64,000 nt of DNA from Actinomycetales bacterium mxb001 (GTDB lineage Bacteria; Actinomycetota; Actinomycetes; S36-B12). The notes beneath the pieces were generated by a model, which was given only the letters and a program-made list of their open reading frames with translations, was not told where the DNA came from and did not search any database. Below are positions 10,633-20,748 of this stretch, in pieces (position 1 is the first letter of the stretch; the number at the start of each line of letters is the position of its first letter). The DNA is taken from assembly GCA_004379115.1 (NCBI GenBank), contig NBNH01000013.1, positions 4,136 to 68,135 of the forward strand, given 5' to 3'. A program made the position numbers and the translations under genes.

Positions 10633-12045
10633 ATGCCGTTTCCCACCCACGTCACTCCGCAGGCACGGGCATCTCTTGCCGATGTGCAGTTCACTCCGTA
10701 TTGGCTCGACAACCCCGATCGCCCTGCGCCGCGCCCTGCGCTCACCAGCGACATCGAGGCGGACCTCGTCGTGATCGGGGGAGGCTTCAGCGGCCTGTGG
10801 ACTGCCTACCTCGCGACCGAGCGTTTCCCCGAGTGGCGCGTGGTGCTGCTCGAGGGCGACCGCATCGCCGCGGGTGCGACCGGCCGCAATGGGGGGTTCA
10901 TTGCCGCGTCGCTGACGCACGGCCTCGGCAATGGCATGGCGCGCTGGCCCACCGACATGGCGCGCCTGACGGCTCTGGGCATGGCCAACCTCGATGAGCT
11001 GGAGCGCACGATCGAGGCCGAAGGCATCGGCTGCGACTTCCTTCGGTCGGGCGAACTCGACGTTGCCGTGGCTCCCTATCAGGTCGAGGGACTGCGCGAG
11101 ATGCACGACCAGGCAGTCGCACTCGGACTCGATCACGAGTTCCTCGACCGCGACCAGGTGCGGGCGCTCGTCGACTCGCCGACGTATCAAGCGGGTGTCC
11201 TTGATCGCCGCGGGGTCGCCATGGCCGACCCCGCTCAACTCGCCTGGGGGCTCGCTGCGGCCTGTGAGCGCCGTGGCGTGACCATTCACGAGGCCACGGT
11301 CGTCAACGACCTGGCCGACGACGGTTCGACCATGCGCGTCGTCACTGACTTCGGCAGCGTGCGCGCGAAGCGCGTGGCCCTGGGCACGAGTGCCTATCCG
11401 CCGCTCCTTCGCCGTCTGGGCCATTACGTCGTGCCCGTCTATGACTCGGTGCTCATGACCGAGCCACTCACGGCCGAGCAGCGTGAGTCGATCGGATGGC
11501 GCGATCGGTTCGGTATCGGTGATGCGGGCAATCAGTTCCACTACTACCGCATCACCCATGACGGCCGGATTCTCTGGGGCGGCTACGACGCGTCGTTCTA
11601 TGGCAGTTTCAACCCCATGCATGAGCGGCAGAGCGCACCCTTCGCTCGATTGGCCGAACACTTCCGCTACACGTTCCCCCAACTCGACGGCCTGCGGTTC
11701 ACGCACGCATGGGCCGGAGCCATCGACACCTGCTCGCGCTTCAGCGCTTTCTGGGGAACCGCATACTCGGGCAAGGTCTCCTACAGCGTCGGGTTCACGG
11801 GCCTGGGCACGGGGGCGAGTCGCTTCGGCGCCCAGGTCATGCTCGATCTGCTGAGCGGCGAGCGCACCGAGCGCACGTCGTTGGAGATGGTGCGCACCAA
11901 GCCCATTCCCTTTCCCCCGGAACCGCTCCGGTCGCTGGGCATCGGCATCACGCGTCGGGCCATCGACAAGGCCGACCGCAATGAGGGCCGGCGCAATCTG
12001 TGGCTGCGCACGCTGGATCGCGTGGGCCTCGGATTCGACAGCTGA
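10633..12045 (+). CDS. FAD-dependent oxidoreductase (DAO family, PuuB/OrdL-like)
   Basis: 470 aa from the ATG at residue 217 of track ORF 9985..12045; the N-terminal part of that ORF is Arg/His junk overlapping potC. Dinucleotide fold DLVVIGGGFSGLWTAY. Confidence 0.7.
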   Translation: MPFPTHVTPQARASLADVQFTPYWLDNPDRPAPRPALTSDIEADLVVIGGGFSGLWTAYLATERFPEWRVVLLEGDRIAAGATGRNGGFIAASLTHGLGNGMARWPTDMARLTALGMANLDELERTIEAEGIGCDFLRSGELDVAVAPYQVEGLREMHDQAVALGLDHEFLDRDQVRALVDSPTYQAGVLDRRGVAMADPAQLAWGLAAACERRGVTIHEATVVNDLADDGSTMRVVTDFGSVRAKRVALGTSAYPPLLRRLGHYVVPVYDSVLMTEPLTAEQRESIGWRDRFGIGDAGNQFHYYRITHDGRILWGGYDASFYGSFNPMHERQSAPFARLAEHFRYTFPQLDGLRFTHAWAGAIDTCSRFSAFWGTAYSGKVSYSVGFTGLGTGASRFGAQVMLDLLSGERTERTSLEMVRTKPIPFPPEPLRSLGIGITRRAIDKADRNEGRRNLWLRTLDRVGLGFDS

Positions 12046-12074
12046 CCCTGACCTCTGCGCACTAAGGTGGAGGA

Positions 12075-13100
12075 ATGGTGCGATACGGCGGACAGTACGG
12101 CCCGGACCTGACCTTTCTCGGCGTTCCGAAGTGCGACCTCGACGACCCGGCCACCTACGCCGACGCTGACGTGGTCATCATCGGCGCGCCCTTCGATGGC
12201 GGTACGTCGTACCGCAGTGGGGCGCGCTTCGGCCCTCAGGCCATCCGCATGGGCTGCTATCTCGGCCACGATGGTTCGCGCCCATCGCTGGCCATGCGCA
12301 CGGATGGCCTCAAGGACCTGCGCGTCGTCGACGGCGGCGACGTTGAGATGTACAGCGGCGATGCTGCCCGATCCTGTGCCGATCTCGAGGTCGTGGTGCA
12401 GCGCGTCGCCGAGGCGGGTCCGATGCCGCTCATCCTGGGGGGCGATCACACGGTCACGTGGCCCGATGTCACCGGAGTCGCCCGTGCACGCGGTTGGGGG
12501 AGGGTCTCGGTCCTGCACTTCGATGCGCACGCCGACACGGGTGATATCGAGTTCGGCTCCCTGATCGGCCATGGCCAGCCCATGCGCCGCCTCATCGAGT
12601 CGGGGGCGGCGCGCGGTGATCGCTTCTTGCAGATCGGCCTTCGGGGCTATTGGCCCCCGCCGGATGTGCTCGACTGGATGGCCGAGCAGCGCATGCGGTC
12701 CTATGAGATGACTGAGATCGTCTCGCGAGGTCTCGATGACTGTCTCACGGAGGCTTTCGCCATTGCTGTCGATGAGTGCGACGGCGTCTTCCTGTCCGTC
12801 GACATCGACGTTGCCGATCCCGGTCACGCACCCGGCACAGGCACTCCCGAGCCCGGCGGCCTGTCCTCGCGGCAGCTGCTCGATGCCGTGCGTCGCATCT
12901 GTCTCGAACTTCCGGTCGTGGGCATGGATGTGGTGGAGGTCTCTCCGCCCTACGACCATGCCGACATCACGGCGCTGCTGGGCAGTCGCGTTGTCCTCGA
13001 GGCGCTGTCGGCGATGGCTCGTCGGCGCGCTGATGCCGCCGGCGGACCCGCATGGAACCCGCGCCAGCCGCTATTGGCGGATCGAGACGAGACACCATGA
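12075..13100 (+). CDS. speB: agmatinase (ureohydrolase family)
   Basis: 341 aa. Mn-binding ureohydrolase motifs GGDHTVTWP, HFDAHADTGD and SVDIDVADPGHAPGTGTPEPGG. GGTGGAGG SD. Confidence 0.85.
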   Translation: MVRYGGQYGPDLTFLGVPKCDLDDPATYADADVVIIGAPFDGGTSYRSGARFGPQAIRMGCYLGHDGSRPSLAMRTDGLKDLRVVDGGDVEMYSGDAARSCADLEVVVQRVAEAGPMPLILGGDHTVTWPDVTGVARARGWGRVSVLHFDAHADTGDIEFGSLIGHGQPMRRLIESGAARGDRFLQIGLRGYWPPPDVLDWMAEQRMRSYEMTEIVSRGLDDCLTEAFAIAVDECDGVFLSVDIDVADPGHAPGTGTPEPGGLSSRQLLDAVRRICLELPVVGMDVVEVSPPYDHADITALLGSRVVLEALSAMARRRADAAGGPAWNPRQPLLADRDETP

Positions 13101-14311
13101 GCATGCGCATCCTGGCCGTCGGTGCGGGCGGTGTCGGCACATCGGCCGCCTTGATCGCCCGGCGCCGCGACTTCTTCGAGCACTGGGTGGCGGCGGATTA
13201 CGACGCGGCGCGCGCCGATGCGATTGTCGCGCGCACCGGTGATCCTCGATTCGCGTCGGCGGCACTCGACGCCTCGGATCAGGCTGCCGTGACCGCGCTG
13301 TGCCAGCAGCACGGCATCACGCACGTGCTCAATGTCGTCGACCCGCGGTTCAACATGCCGATCTTCGACGGCGCATTCGCTGCCGGTGCCAACTATCTCG
13401 ATACCGCGATGAGCCTGTCTCGGCCGCATCCTCAACGTCCCCACAGCGACACATTCGTCAAGCTCGGCGACGAGCAGTTCGACAAGTCGCCGGAGTGGGA
13501 GGCGCGCGGCCTGCTGGCCCTGTGCGGCATCGGCGTGGAGCCCGGCCTGGCGGATGTCTTCGCTCGCTACGCATCCGACCACCTGTTCTCGGAGATCGAC
13601 GAGCTCGGGGTGCGTGACGGTGCCAACCTCGTCGTCAGCGGCTACGACTTCGCGCCGAGCTTCTCGATCTGGACCACGATCGAGGAATGCCTCAATCCGC
13701 CCGTCATCTGGGAGAAGGATCGCGGCTGGTTTACCACGGCACCCTTCTCGGGGGCTGAGGTCTTCGACTTCCCCGATGGCATCGGACCCGTGGAGTGCGT
13801 CAACGTCGAGCATGAGGAAGTCCTGCTCATGCCGCGCTGGATCGACTGCAAACGCGTCACCTTCAAGTACGGACTCGGCGACGAGTTCATCGAGGTGCTG
13901 AAGACTCTCCACAAGCTCGGCCTCGATCGCACTGAGCCGGTCACCGTACGCGGCCAGAAGGTGAGCCCGCGCGATGTGGTGGCCGCCTGCCTCCCAGATC
14001 CGGCTTCGCTCGGAGATGTGATGTCAGGCAAGACCTGTGCGGGCACATGGGTGACCGGCACCGGCAAGGACGGCAAGCCTCGTGAGGTCTACCTCTACCA
14101 CGTGGCCGACAACGAGTGGAGCATGCGCGAGTACGGCACCCAGGCGGTGGTCTGGCAGACGGCGATGAACCCGGTCATTGCGCTGGAACTCCTGGCATCG
14201 GGCGTGTGGTCGGGCGCGGGTGTGCTCGGCCCCGAGGCGTTCGATGCGGTGCCCTACCTCGATCTGATGAGCCAGGGCTACGGCCAGCAGTGGCACTGCC
14301 GCGAGCAGTGA
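13097..14311 (+). CDS. saccharopine dehydrogenase-fold NAD(P)-binding protein (function unassigned)
   Basis: 404 aa from the ATG at residue 16 of track ORF 13052..14311, overlapping the agmatinase stop (ATGA). Rossmann motif MRILAVGAGGVGTSAA. Confidence 0.6.
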   Translation: MSMRILAVGAGGVGTSAALIARRRDFFEHWVAADYDAARADAIVARTGDPRFASAALDASDQAAVTALCQQHGITHVLNVVDPRFNMPIFDGAFAAGANYLDTAMSLSRPHPQRPHSDTFVKLGDEQFDKSPEWEARGLLALCGIGVEPGLADVFARYASDHLFSEIDELGVRDGANLVVSGYDFAPSFSIWTTIEECLNPPVIWEKDRGWFTTAPFSGAEVFDFPDGIGPVECVNVEHEEVLLMPRWIDCKRVTFKYGLGDEFIEVLKTLHKLGLDRTEPVTVRGQKVSPRDVVAACLPDPASLGDVMSGKTCAGTWVTGTGKDGKPREVYLYHVADNEWSMREYGTQAVVWQTAMNPVIALELLASGVWSGAGVLGPEAFDAVPYLDLMSQGYGQQWHCREQ

Positions 14312-14317
14312 CTCGGC

Positions 14318-15730
14318 TCAGACTCCCTCGGTGACCGTGATCGCCCCTGAGCGAGCGGCTGCCTGCAGGGCCGCGTAGTCGGACTGGTTTTGCTCGGCGT
14401 AGACGCGAGCGAATGACTTCATGGCGTCGTCGAAGGCCTCGTCGTCGCCGATGTACGCGGAGATGGCGACGCGGTCACCGCTTCGTGCATGTCCCTTGGC
14501 GAGAGTAGCGCCGCAAAGCCGACCGTAGACGCCCATGGTGTCGGCGTCCATCGCATCGAGATCGGCCGATACCTTCCAGTCACGCAATTGGCGGACGTAG
14601 TAGTCGACCCCGAGCAGCGAGCTCCAGCCCAGGAAGATGTCGCTGGCGCTTTGGAGCAGTCGCTGCCCATTGACGACGCGCTCGCCATGCTGGACATGGG
14701 AACTCGACCGCGTGAAAGCTTCGAGTACGGAGGCTTGCGCCTCCTTGAGCTGCAGCAGGAGCAGGTCATCGGCGTCGCGCCCCTGGAGCAACAGGGCCCA
14801 CGCCTGCGTGCCGACGCTCCCTACGCCGACGACCTTGCGCGCCAGGTCGACGTAGTGGTACTCGGACAGCAGATGACGGCGGTCGGGCTGCAGGGTCTCG
14901 ACATATTGCTCCCAGGCACGGGGGAGTGACGAGATGGATGCCTCCATGCTCACGTCCTGCCGCCCGAGGAGCGATTCGGCGCGCTCGATCACGGGTGGGC
15001 TGTCGATGAAGCGGCGCTGGCCGTCGATCACCTCGGTGAGCTTGCGTGCCGCTTGGAGGGAATTGCGAGTGCGTGCCTTGCCCACGTTTCGATCGGAGGT
15101 CTTGCGCGCCTGCTTGCTCAGCTGCGGCTGGAGCTGACGCATCATCGCGTCGACGTCGATCGAGGCGTACCAGACGTCGAGATTGGCTTGCCCGGCAAGC
15201 GCTCGCATGGCTTCGCGGTAGCCCCGTGTCGTGGCGCGCAGGATCTGATTGCGGGCCTTCTTGTCGAATCCACGGTCGAGTCCGGCGACCTCCATGCTCG
15301 TGACCAGGCGCTTGACATCCCATTCGAAGGGGCCGGGGTTGGTCTCGTCGAAGTCGTTGATGTCGAACACGAGGCGGCGTTCGGGGCTGGCATAGGCACC
15401 GAAGTTGGACAGGTGAGCATCGCCGCACAGCTGAGCCTCGAGTCCCGAGCGCGGGCCAGTCGACAGATCGCTGGCCATGATCAAGGCAGCGCCCCGGTAG
15501 AAGGCGAACGGGGAGGCCAGCATGCGGCCGTAGCGGATGGGCACCAGGTCCTTGACGCGCGTAGCCCCCTGCTGTTGGAGCAGCCCCACCGGATCGGGCC
15601 GTGTCGGCGCCGCGGCGTACGAGCCAAGGGAATCGGGGGGCACGGCCTGGCGAGCGCGCAGGCCGACGGCGACGCGCTCGTCGACCGTCGGGCCGGACGA
15701 CCGCTCCGCTGCGTCGGGCCCGGCAGTCAT
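14318..15730 (-). CDS. DUF2252 family protein (kinase-like fold suspected)
   Basis: 470 aa. Typical DUF2252 N-terminal region LVPIRYGRMLASPFAFYRGAA. CGDAHLSNFG plus FDINDFDE resemble the catalytic and metal loops of APH/choline kinases. Starts 4 nt after the gabT stop. Confidence 0.75.
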   Translation of the reverse strand: MTAGPDAAERSSGPTVDERVAVGLRARQAVPPDSLGSYAAAPTRPDPVGLLQQQGATRVKDLVPIRYGRMLASPFAFYRGAALIMASDLSTGPRSGLEAQLCGDAHLSNFGAYASPERRLVFDINDFDETNPGPFEWDVKRLVTSMEVAGLDRGFDKKARNQILRATTRGYREAMRALAGQANLDVWYASIDVDAMMRQLQPQLSKQARKTSDRNVGKARTRNSLQAARKLTEVIDGQRRFIDSPPVIERAESLLGRQDVSMEASISSLPRAWEQYVETLQPDRRHLLSEYHYVDLARKVVGVGSVGTQAWALLLQGRDADDLLLLQLKEAQASVLEAFTRSSSHVQHGERVVNGQRLLQSASDIFLGWSSLLGVDYYVRQLRDWKVSADLDAMDADTMGVYGRLCGATLAKGHARSGDRVAISAYIGDDEAFDDAMKSFARVYAEQNQSDYAALQAAARSGAITVTEGV

Positions 15731-15734
15731 GGAC

Positions 15735-17081
15735 TCAGGCGGCGCTGAAGGCGGCCTCGACCACGTCGAGGCCCTCGAGCAGCAGCGAGTCCGGAATCGT
15801 CAGAGGCGGCAGGAAGCGCACCACGTTGCCGTAGGTGCCGCACGTCAGCACGATCACGCCCTCGGCATGGCAGGCCTTGGCCACGCGCTGGGTGAGGTCG
15901 GGATCGGGGGTGAGCGTGCCCGGCTTGACGATCTCGATGGCGATCATGGCTCCGCGGCCGCGGATGTCGCCAATAGCCGGAATGCGCGCGGCCATGTCGG
16001 TCAGCCTCGTCACGAGGATGTCGCCGATGGCTTGGGCGCGCGCGTTGAGGTCATCGACCTCCATGGACTCGATCGACCCCAGGGCGGCCGCGCAGGCGAT
16101 GGGATTTCCGCCGTAGGTTCCCCCCAGGCCTCCCACGTGGATGGAGTCCATGATGTCGGCGCGCCCGGTGACGGCGGCGAGCGGAAGCCCAGCAGCGATG
16201 CCCTTGGCCGTCGTGATGAGGTCGGGGACGATGCCCTCGTGCTCGCAGGCGAACCATTTGCCTGTGCGGCAGAAGCCCGACTGCACCTCATCGGCGATGA
16301 ACACGATGCCGTGCTGCGTGGCGTAGTCGCGCAGGGCCTGCAGGAAGCCGGGTGCCGGGACGATGAAGCCTCCCTCGCCCTGGATGGGCTCGATGAGGAT
16401 CGCGGCGATGCTGCTTCCGCCGATCTCCTTGTCCATCTTGGAGATCGCCCACGACGCCACCTCGGGGCCGCTGTGCGGGCCATCGTGATAGGGGTAGGAC
16501 ATCGGCATGCGGTAAACCTCGGGCGCAAACGGCCCGAAGTTGTGCTTGTAGGGCATCGACTTGGCCGTGAGAGCCATCGTGAGGTTTGTGCGGCCGTGGT
16601 AGCCATGGTCGAACACCACGACGGCCTGTCGCTTGGTAAAGGATCGCGCGATCTTGACGGCGTTTTCGACGGCCTCTGCGCCCGAGTTGAAGAGCGCCGA
16701 TCGCTTGTCGTGGTCACCGGGGGTCACGCGGTTGAGTGCCTCGCAGACCTCGACGTAGCCGGCATAGGGCGTGACCATGAAGCAGGTGTGCGTGAAGTCG
16801 GCCACCTGTCGTTGCACTCGCTCCACGACTCGGGGGTTGGCGTTGCCGACGGTGTTGACGGCAATGCCCGAGCCGAGGTCAATGAGGGAATTGCCGTCGA
16901 CGTCGACGATGACGCCGCCGCCAGCACGCTCGGCGAAGACCGGCATGGTGCCCCCGACGCCCGCGGAGACGGCTCCCACGCGACGCTGCATGAGCTCACG
17001 CGAGCGGGGCCCGGGGAGCTCGGTGACGAGGCGCCGCTCCTGGGGCAGTGTGGAGGCGGGGGGCAGCAGTGTGTCGGTCAT
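15735..17081 (-). CDS. gabT: 4-aminobutyrate--2-oxoglutarate transaminase (class III PLP aminotransferase)
   Basis: Motifs SGAEAVENAVKIAR and DEVQSGFCRTG, with the PLP Lys in TTAKGIAAG. I prefer the ATG at 17081 (MTDTLLPP...); the track start at 17099 appears to be a TTG. Confidence 0.85.
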   Translation of the reverse strand: MTDTLLPPASTLPQERRLVTELPGPRSRELMQRRVGAVSAGVGGTMPVFAERAGGGVIVDVDGNSLIDLGSGIAVNTVGNANPRVVERVQRQVADFTHTCFMVTPYAGYVEVCEALNRVTPGDHDKRSALFNSGAEAVENAVKIARSFTKRQAVVVFDHGYHGRTNLTMALTAKSMPYKHNFGPFAPEVYRMPMSYPYHDGPHSGPEVASWAISKMDKEIGGSSIAAILIEPIQGEGGFIVPAPGFLQALRDYATQHGIVFIADEVQSGFCRTGKWFACEHEGIVPDLITTAKGIAAGLPLAAVTGRADIMDSIHVGGLGGTYGGNPIACAAALGSIESMEVDDLNARAQAIGDILVTRLTDMAARIPAIGDIRGRGAMIAIEIVKPGTLTPDPDLTQRVAKACHAEGVIVLTCGTYGNVVRFLPPLTIPDSLLLEGLDVVEAAFSAA

Positions 17082-17106
17082 GGGATGAGCGTAGGACAAT
17101 CAGGGC

Positions 17107-18216
17107 GTGACCAGGCCCCGGGACGTCATCATCCTGGGCAGCACGGGGTCCATCGGAGTCCAGGCCCTCGACGTCATCAGGAGGAACCCGACGCGGTTCC
17201 GCGTCGTCGGCCTGGGGGGCGGGGGTGGTCAGCTCGACCTCCTCGCCGATCAGGCCCGCGAATTCGGGGTCGAGCGCGTGGCGGTCGGCCCGGTCGAGTC
17301 AGCGGCACTCGCGGCCGCGCCGGCCGATGTCGTTCTCAACGCGGTCGCCGGCGCTGCCGGCCTACTGCCGACCCTGGCGGCCCTTGAGGCGGGCACCGTC
17401 GTCGCCCTGGCCAATAAGGAGTCGCTCATCATCGGCGGTCCGCTGGTGAAGGAACGCGCAGCGCCCGGTCAGATACGCCCTGTCGACTCCGAGCACTCTG
17501 CTCTAGCGCAGTGCCTCATGGGCGGCCGCAGCGACGAGGTCGAACGACTCGTTCTCACCGCGAGCGGAGGTCCCTTCCGCGGCTGGGACGCGACTCGCCT
17601 TGTCCATGTGACGCCCGAGCAGGCGCTCGCACACCCGACCTGGTCCATGGGTCCGCTGGTCACCATCAACTCGGCCACACTCGTCAACAAGGGCCTTGAG
17701 ATCATCGAAGCGCATTTGCTGTTCGACGTTCCCTTCGAGCGCATCGATGTCGTCGTGCACCCGCAGTCGATCGTGCATTCCATGGTCGAGTTCATCGACG
17801 GGTCCACCTTGGCCCAGGCCAGTCCGCCCGACATGCGGCTGCCCATCGCCTGGGCACTCGGCTGGCCCGATCGCGTTCCCTCGGCGGCACCCGGGTGCGA
17901 CTGGACGCGGGCTGCCTCCTGGGAGTTCTGGCCCCTCGACGACGCGGCGTTCCCCGCCGTGGGCCTGGCTCGCACCGCCGGATCGGCCGGAGGCACCGCC
18001 CCGGCCGTCTTCAATGCGGCCGACGAGGTTGCTGTCGCCGCCTTCCTCGAGGGTCGACTTCCCTTCACCGGCATCGTGGCCACGATCTCCGAGGTGCTTC
18101 ACCGCCACCTGTCAGGCGACAATCAGGGGAACGCCGACTCCGTCGAGCGCGTCCTTGCTGCAGACGCCTGGGCACGCGCGGTCGCGGCCGAGGTCATCGA
18201 GGAGGTCACACGCTGA
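17107..18216 (+). CDS. dxr: 1-deoxy-D-xylulose-5-phosphate reductoisomerase
   Basis: 369 aa. Motifs [37 protein letters not shown] start. Confidence 0.9.
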   Translation: MTRPRDVIILGSTGSIGVQALDVIRRNPTRFRVVGLGGGGGQLDLLADQAREFGVERVAVGPVESAALAAAPADVVLNAVAGAAGLLPTLAALEAGTVVALANKESLIIGGPLVKERAAPGQIRPVDSEHSALAQCLMGGRSDEVERLVLTASGGPFRGWDATRLVHVTPEQALAHPTWSMGPLVTINSATLVNKGLEIIEAHLLFDVPFERIDVVVHPQSIVHSMVEFIDGSTLAQASPPDMRLPIAWALGWPDRVPSAAPGCDWTRAASWEFWPLDDAAFPAVGLARTAGSAGGTAPAVFNAADEVAVAAFLEGRLPFTGIVATISEVLHRHLSGDNQGNADSVERVLAADAWARAVAAEVIEEVTR

Positions 18217-19535
18217 TGTGGGAGATCGTGGGCATCATCGCGTTCTTCCTCGTCATCCTCGCCTCTATCGCCCTGCATGAAGTCGGACACCTAGTGCCGG
18301 CCAAGAAGTTCGGTGTCAAGGTCACCGAATACATGGTCGGATTCGGGCCCACCGTGTGGTCGAAGGTGCGCGGCGAGACCCGCTACGGGCTCAAAGCGGT
18401 CCCGGTTGGCGGCTACATCCGCATGGTGGGCATGATCCCGCCGCCCAAGGGAGCACCCGAGGGCACGGTCGGCCGCATGTCGACGGGACGCCTCGCGACG
18501 ATGGTCGAGGACGCGCGTCGGCAATCGCTCGAGGAGATAGCACCCGGCGACGAGAATCGCCTCTTCTACACGCTGCCGGTGCACAAGCGCGTCATCATCA
18601 TGCTCGGCGGCCCGTTCATGAACCTCGTGATCGCCTTCCTGCTGTTCGGTGCCGTCCTCGTCGGCATCGGGACACCGCAGACGACCCTCCAGGTCAACGC
18701 CGTCGTGCCCTGCGTGCCGTCAGTCAGCAATCCGACGGGCGCCGTCCAGCCCGACGGCACCTGCGCGCTGGGGGCATCGCCAGCAGCAGCCGCGGGACTG
18801 CAGGCTGGCGACACGATCGTGGCGGTGGACGGCCGCTCGCCGGGGTCGTGGGAAGACATGACCACGGCCGTGCGCGAAGGCGGCGCACGCATCGTCGAGG
18901 TCACCGTGCAGCGCCCCGATGGAACGACGGTCGTGCTCCCTGTCGAGGTCGTTGAGGTCACCCGGCCCGTCTACGACGAGGCCGGGGAGCCCACCGGGCA
19001 GACGCAGACCACCGGCTTTCTCGGGCTGCGCCCCGAGATCGACTACGTCCCGCAACCCTGGTCGAGTGTTCCCGCTGCCATGTGGGATCTCACGGTGCGT
19101 TCCGCGGTTGCGCTCGTCTCGCTGCCTATCCGCTTCTACGAGCTCGTCAGCGACACCCTCATCGGCGGCGGCGAGCGCCAAGTCGATAGCCCGGTGAGCG
19201 TGGTCGGCGTGAGCCGCCTCGGCGGGGAGATCGTGGCCTCGGAGGAATCGGGCGAGGCGAAACTCGCGATCTTCCTGGGGCTGGCGGCCTCGCTCAACCT
19301 GTTCCTCTTCCTGTTCAACCTCCTTCCGATCCTGCCCCTCGACGGCGGACATGTGGCGGGAGCCCTCTACGAGGGTTCTCGGCGCCAACTTGCTCGCCTA
19401 CGTGGGCGGCCGGACCCCGGCCCGGTCGACGTGGCGCGCATGATGCCGGTGGCCTATGTCGTTGCCGTCGTGCTCGTCGGCATCGGAGCGGTCGTCATCT
19501 TCGCCGACCTGGTCAAGCCGATCACCCTGGGCTGA
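18216..19535 (+). CDS. M50 family site-2 zinc metalloprotease (RseP/Rip1-like)
   Basis: 439 aa from the ATG at residue 108 of track ORF 17895..19535, overlapping the dxr stop. HEVGH zinc motif, a central PDZ-like region, and [12 protein letters not shown]. Confidence 0.85.
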   Translation: MWEIVGIIAFFLVILASIALHEVGHLVPAKKFGVKVTEYMVGFGPTVWSKVRGETRYGLKAVPVGGYIRMVGMIPPPKGAPEGTVGRMSTGRLATMVEDARRQSLEEIAPGDENRLFYTLPVHKRVIIMLGGPFMNLVIAFLLFGAVLVGIGTPQTTLQVNAVVPCVPSVSNPTGAVQPDGTCALGASPAAAAGLQAGDTIVAVDGRSPGSWEDMTTAVREGGARIVEVTVQRPDGTTVVLPVEVVEVTRPVYDEAGEPTGQTQTTGFLGLRPEIDYVPQPWSSVPAAMWDLTVRSAVALVSLPIRFYELVSDTLIGGGERQVDSPVSVVGVSRLGGEIVASEESGEAKLAIFLGLAASLNLFLFLFNLLPILPLDGGHVAGALYEGSRRQLARLRGRPDPGPVDVARMMPVAYVVAVVLVGIGAVVIFADLVKPITLG

Positions 19536-19581
19536 CGCCTGCCGGGATGTGGGTCCGGCGCCCGTCGGGGATACTGATCCG

Positions 19582-20748
19582 GTGAGCATCGACCTCGGAC
19601 TTCCTGCGGCGCCCCCGCCCGTTCTGGCGCCCCGTCGCCCCACTCGAGCACTGCTCCTGCGGCACCCCACGCATCCGGTCACCGTCGGCGGTGACGCTCC
19701 CGTGAGCGTGCAGTCCATGACGACGACGCTGACCGCCGACGTCAACGCCACGCTTCAGCAGATCGCCGAGCTCACCGCCGCTGGCTGCCAGATCGTGCGC
19801 GTGGCTGTGCCCAGTCAGGATGACGCCGAGGCGCTGCCTCAGATCGCACGCAAGTCCGGCATCCCCGTCGTGGCCGACATCCACTTCCAGCCCAAGTACG
19901 TTTTCGCCGCTCTCGAGGCAGGGTGCGCGGGGGTGCGGGTCAACCCCGGCAACATCAAGCAATTCGACGACAAGGTCAAGGAGATCGCTCGCGCCGCGTC
20001 CGAGACCGGCACGCCGATCCGCATCGGAGTCAACGCGGGGTCGCTAGACCCGCGCCTGCTGCAGAAGTACGGCAAGGCCACGCCAGAGGCCCTGGTCGAG
20101 TCCGCCCTGTGGGAGGCATCGCTCTTCGAGGAGCACGGCTTCGGTGACATCGCGATCTCCGTCAAGCACCACGACCCCGTGACCATGGTCCAGGCCTATC
20201 GGCTGCTGTCCGAGCAGTGCGATTACCCGCTGCACCTGGGTGTCACGGAGGCCGGCCCGATGTTCCAGGGGACCATCAAGTCGGCGGTGGCCTTCGGGGC
20301 GCTGTTGTCGCAGGGCATCGGCGACACGATTCGCGTGTCCCTGTCGGCACCTCCGGTCGAGGAGGTCAAGGTCGGCATCGCGATCCTTGAATCCCTCAAC
20401 CTCCGCCAGCGCGGGCTGGAGATCGTCTCGTGCCCGTCGTGCGGACGCGCCCAGGTCGACGTCTACACGCTCGCCGAGCAGGTCACGGCCGGGCTCGAGG
20501 GCCTCGAGGTTCCCCTTCGCGTCGCCGTGATGGGGTGCGTGGTCAACGGGCCCGGTGAAGCGCGCGAGGCTGATCTCGGCGTGGCATCGGGCAATGGCAA
20601 GGGGCAGATCTTCGTCAAGGGCGAGGTCATCAAGACCGTGCCGGAGCACCAGATCGTCGAGACGCTGATCGAGGAGGCGATGAAACTCGCCGAGGAGATG
20701 AGCGCCGCGTCCGACGAGGCGGGCTCCCCGGTCGTCTCGGTGAGCTAG
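19582..20748 (+). CDS. ispG: 4-hydroxy-3-methylbut-2-en-1-yl diphosphate synthase
   Basis: 388 aa from the GTG at residue 43 of track ORF 19456..20748. Motifs [30 protein letters not shown] (Fe-S Cys ligands). Confidence 0.9.
   Translation: MSIDLGLPAAPPPVLAPRRPTRALLLRHPTHPVTVGGDAPVSVQSMTTTLTADVNATLQQIAELTAAGCQIVRVAVPSQDDAEALPQIARKSGIPVVADIHFQPKYVFAALEAGCAGVRVNPGNIKQFDDKVKEIARAASETGTPIRIGVNAGSLDPRLLQKYGKATPEALVESALWEASLFEEHGFGDIAISVKHHDPVTMVQAYRLLSEQCDYPLHLGVTEAGPMFQGTIKSAVAFGALLSQGIGDTIRVSLSAPPVEEVKVGIAILESLNLRQRGLEIVSCPSCGRAQVDVYTLAEQVTAGLEGLEVPLRVAVMGCVVNGPGEAREADLGVASGNGKGQIFVKGEVIKTVPEHQIVETLIEEAMKLAEEMSAASDEAGSPVVSVS

Noticed and set aside
15537-17387. 616-aa plus-strand ORF spanning gabT and the start of dxr.
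   Set aside because: It is antisense to gabT and out of frame with dxr. The product is Gly/Arg/Asp/Ala-rich with no motifs. Both real genes are well supported.
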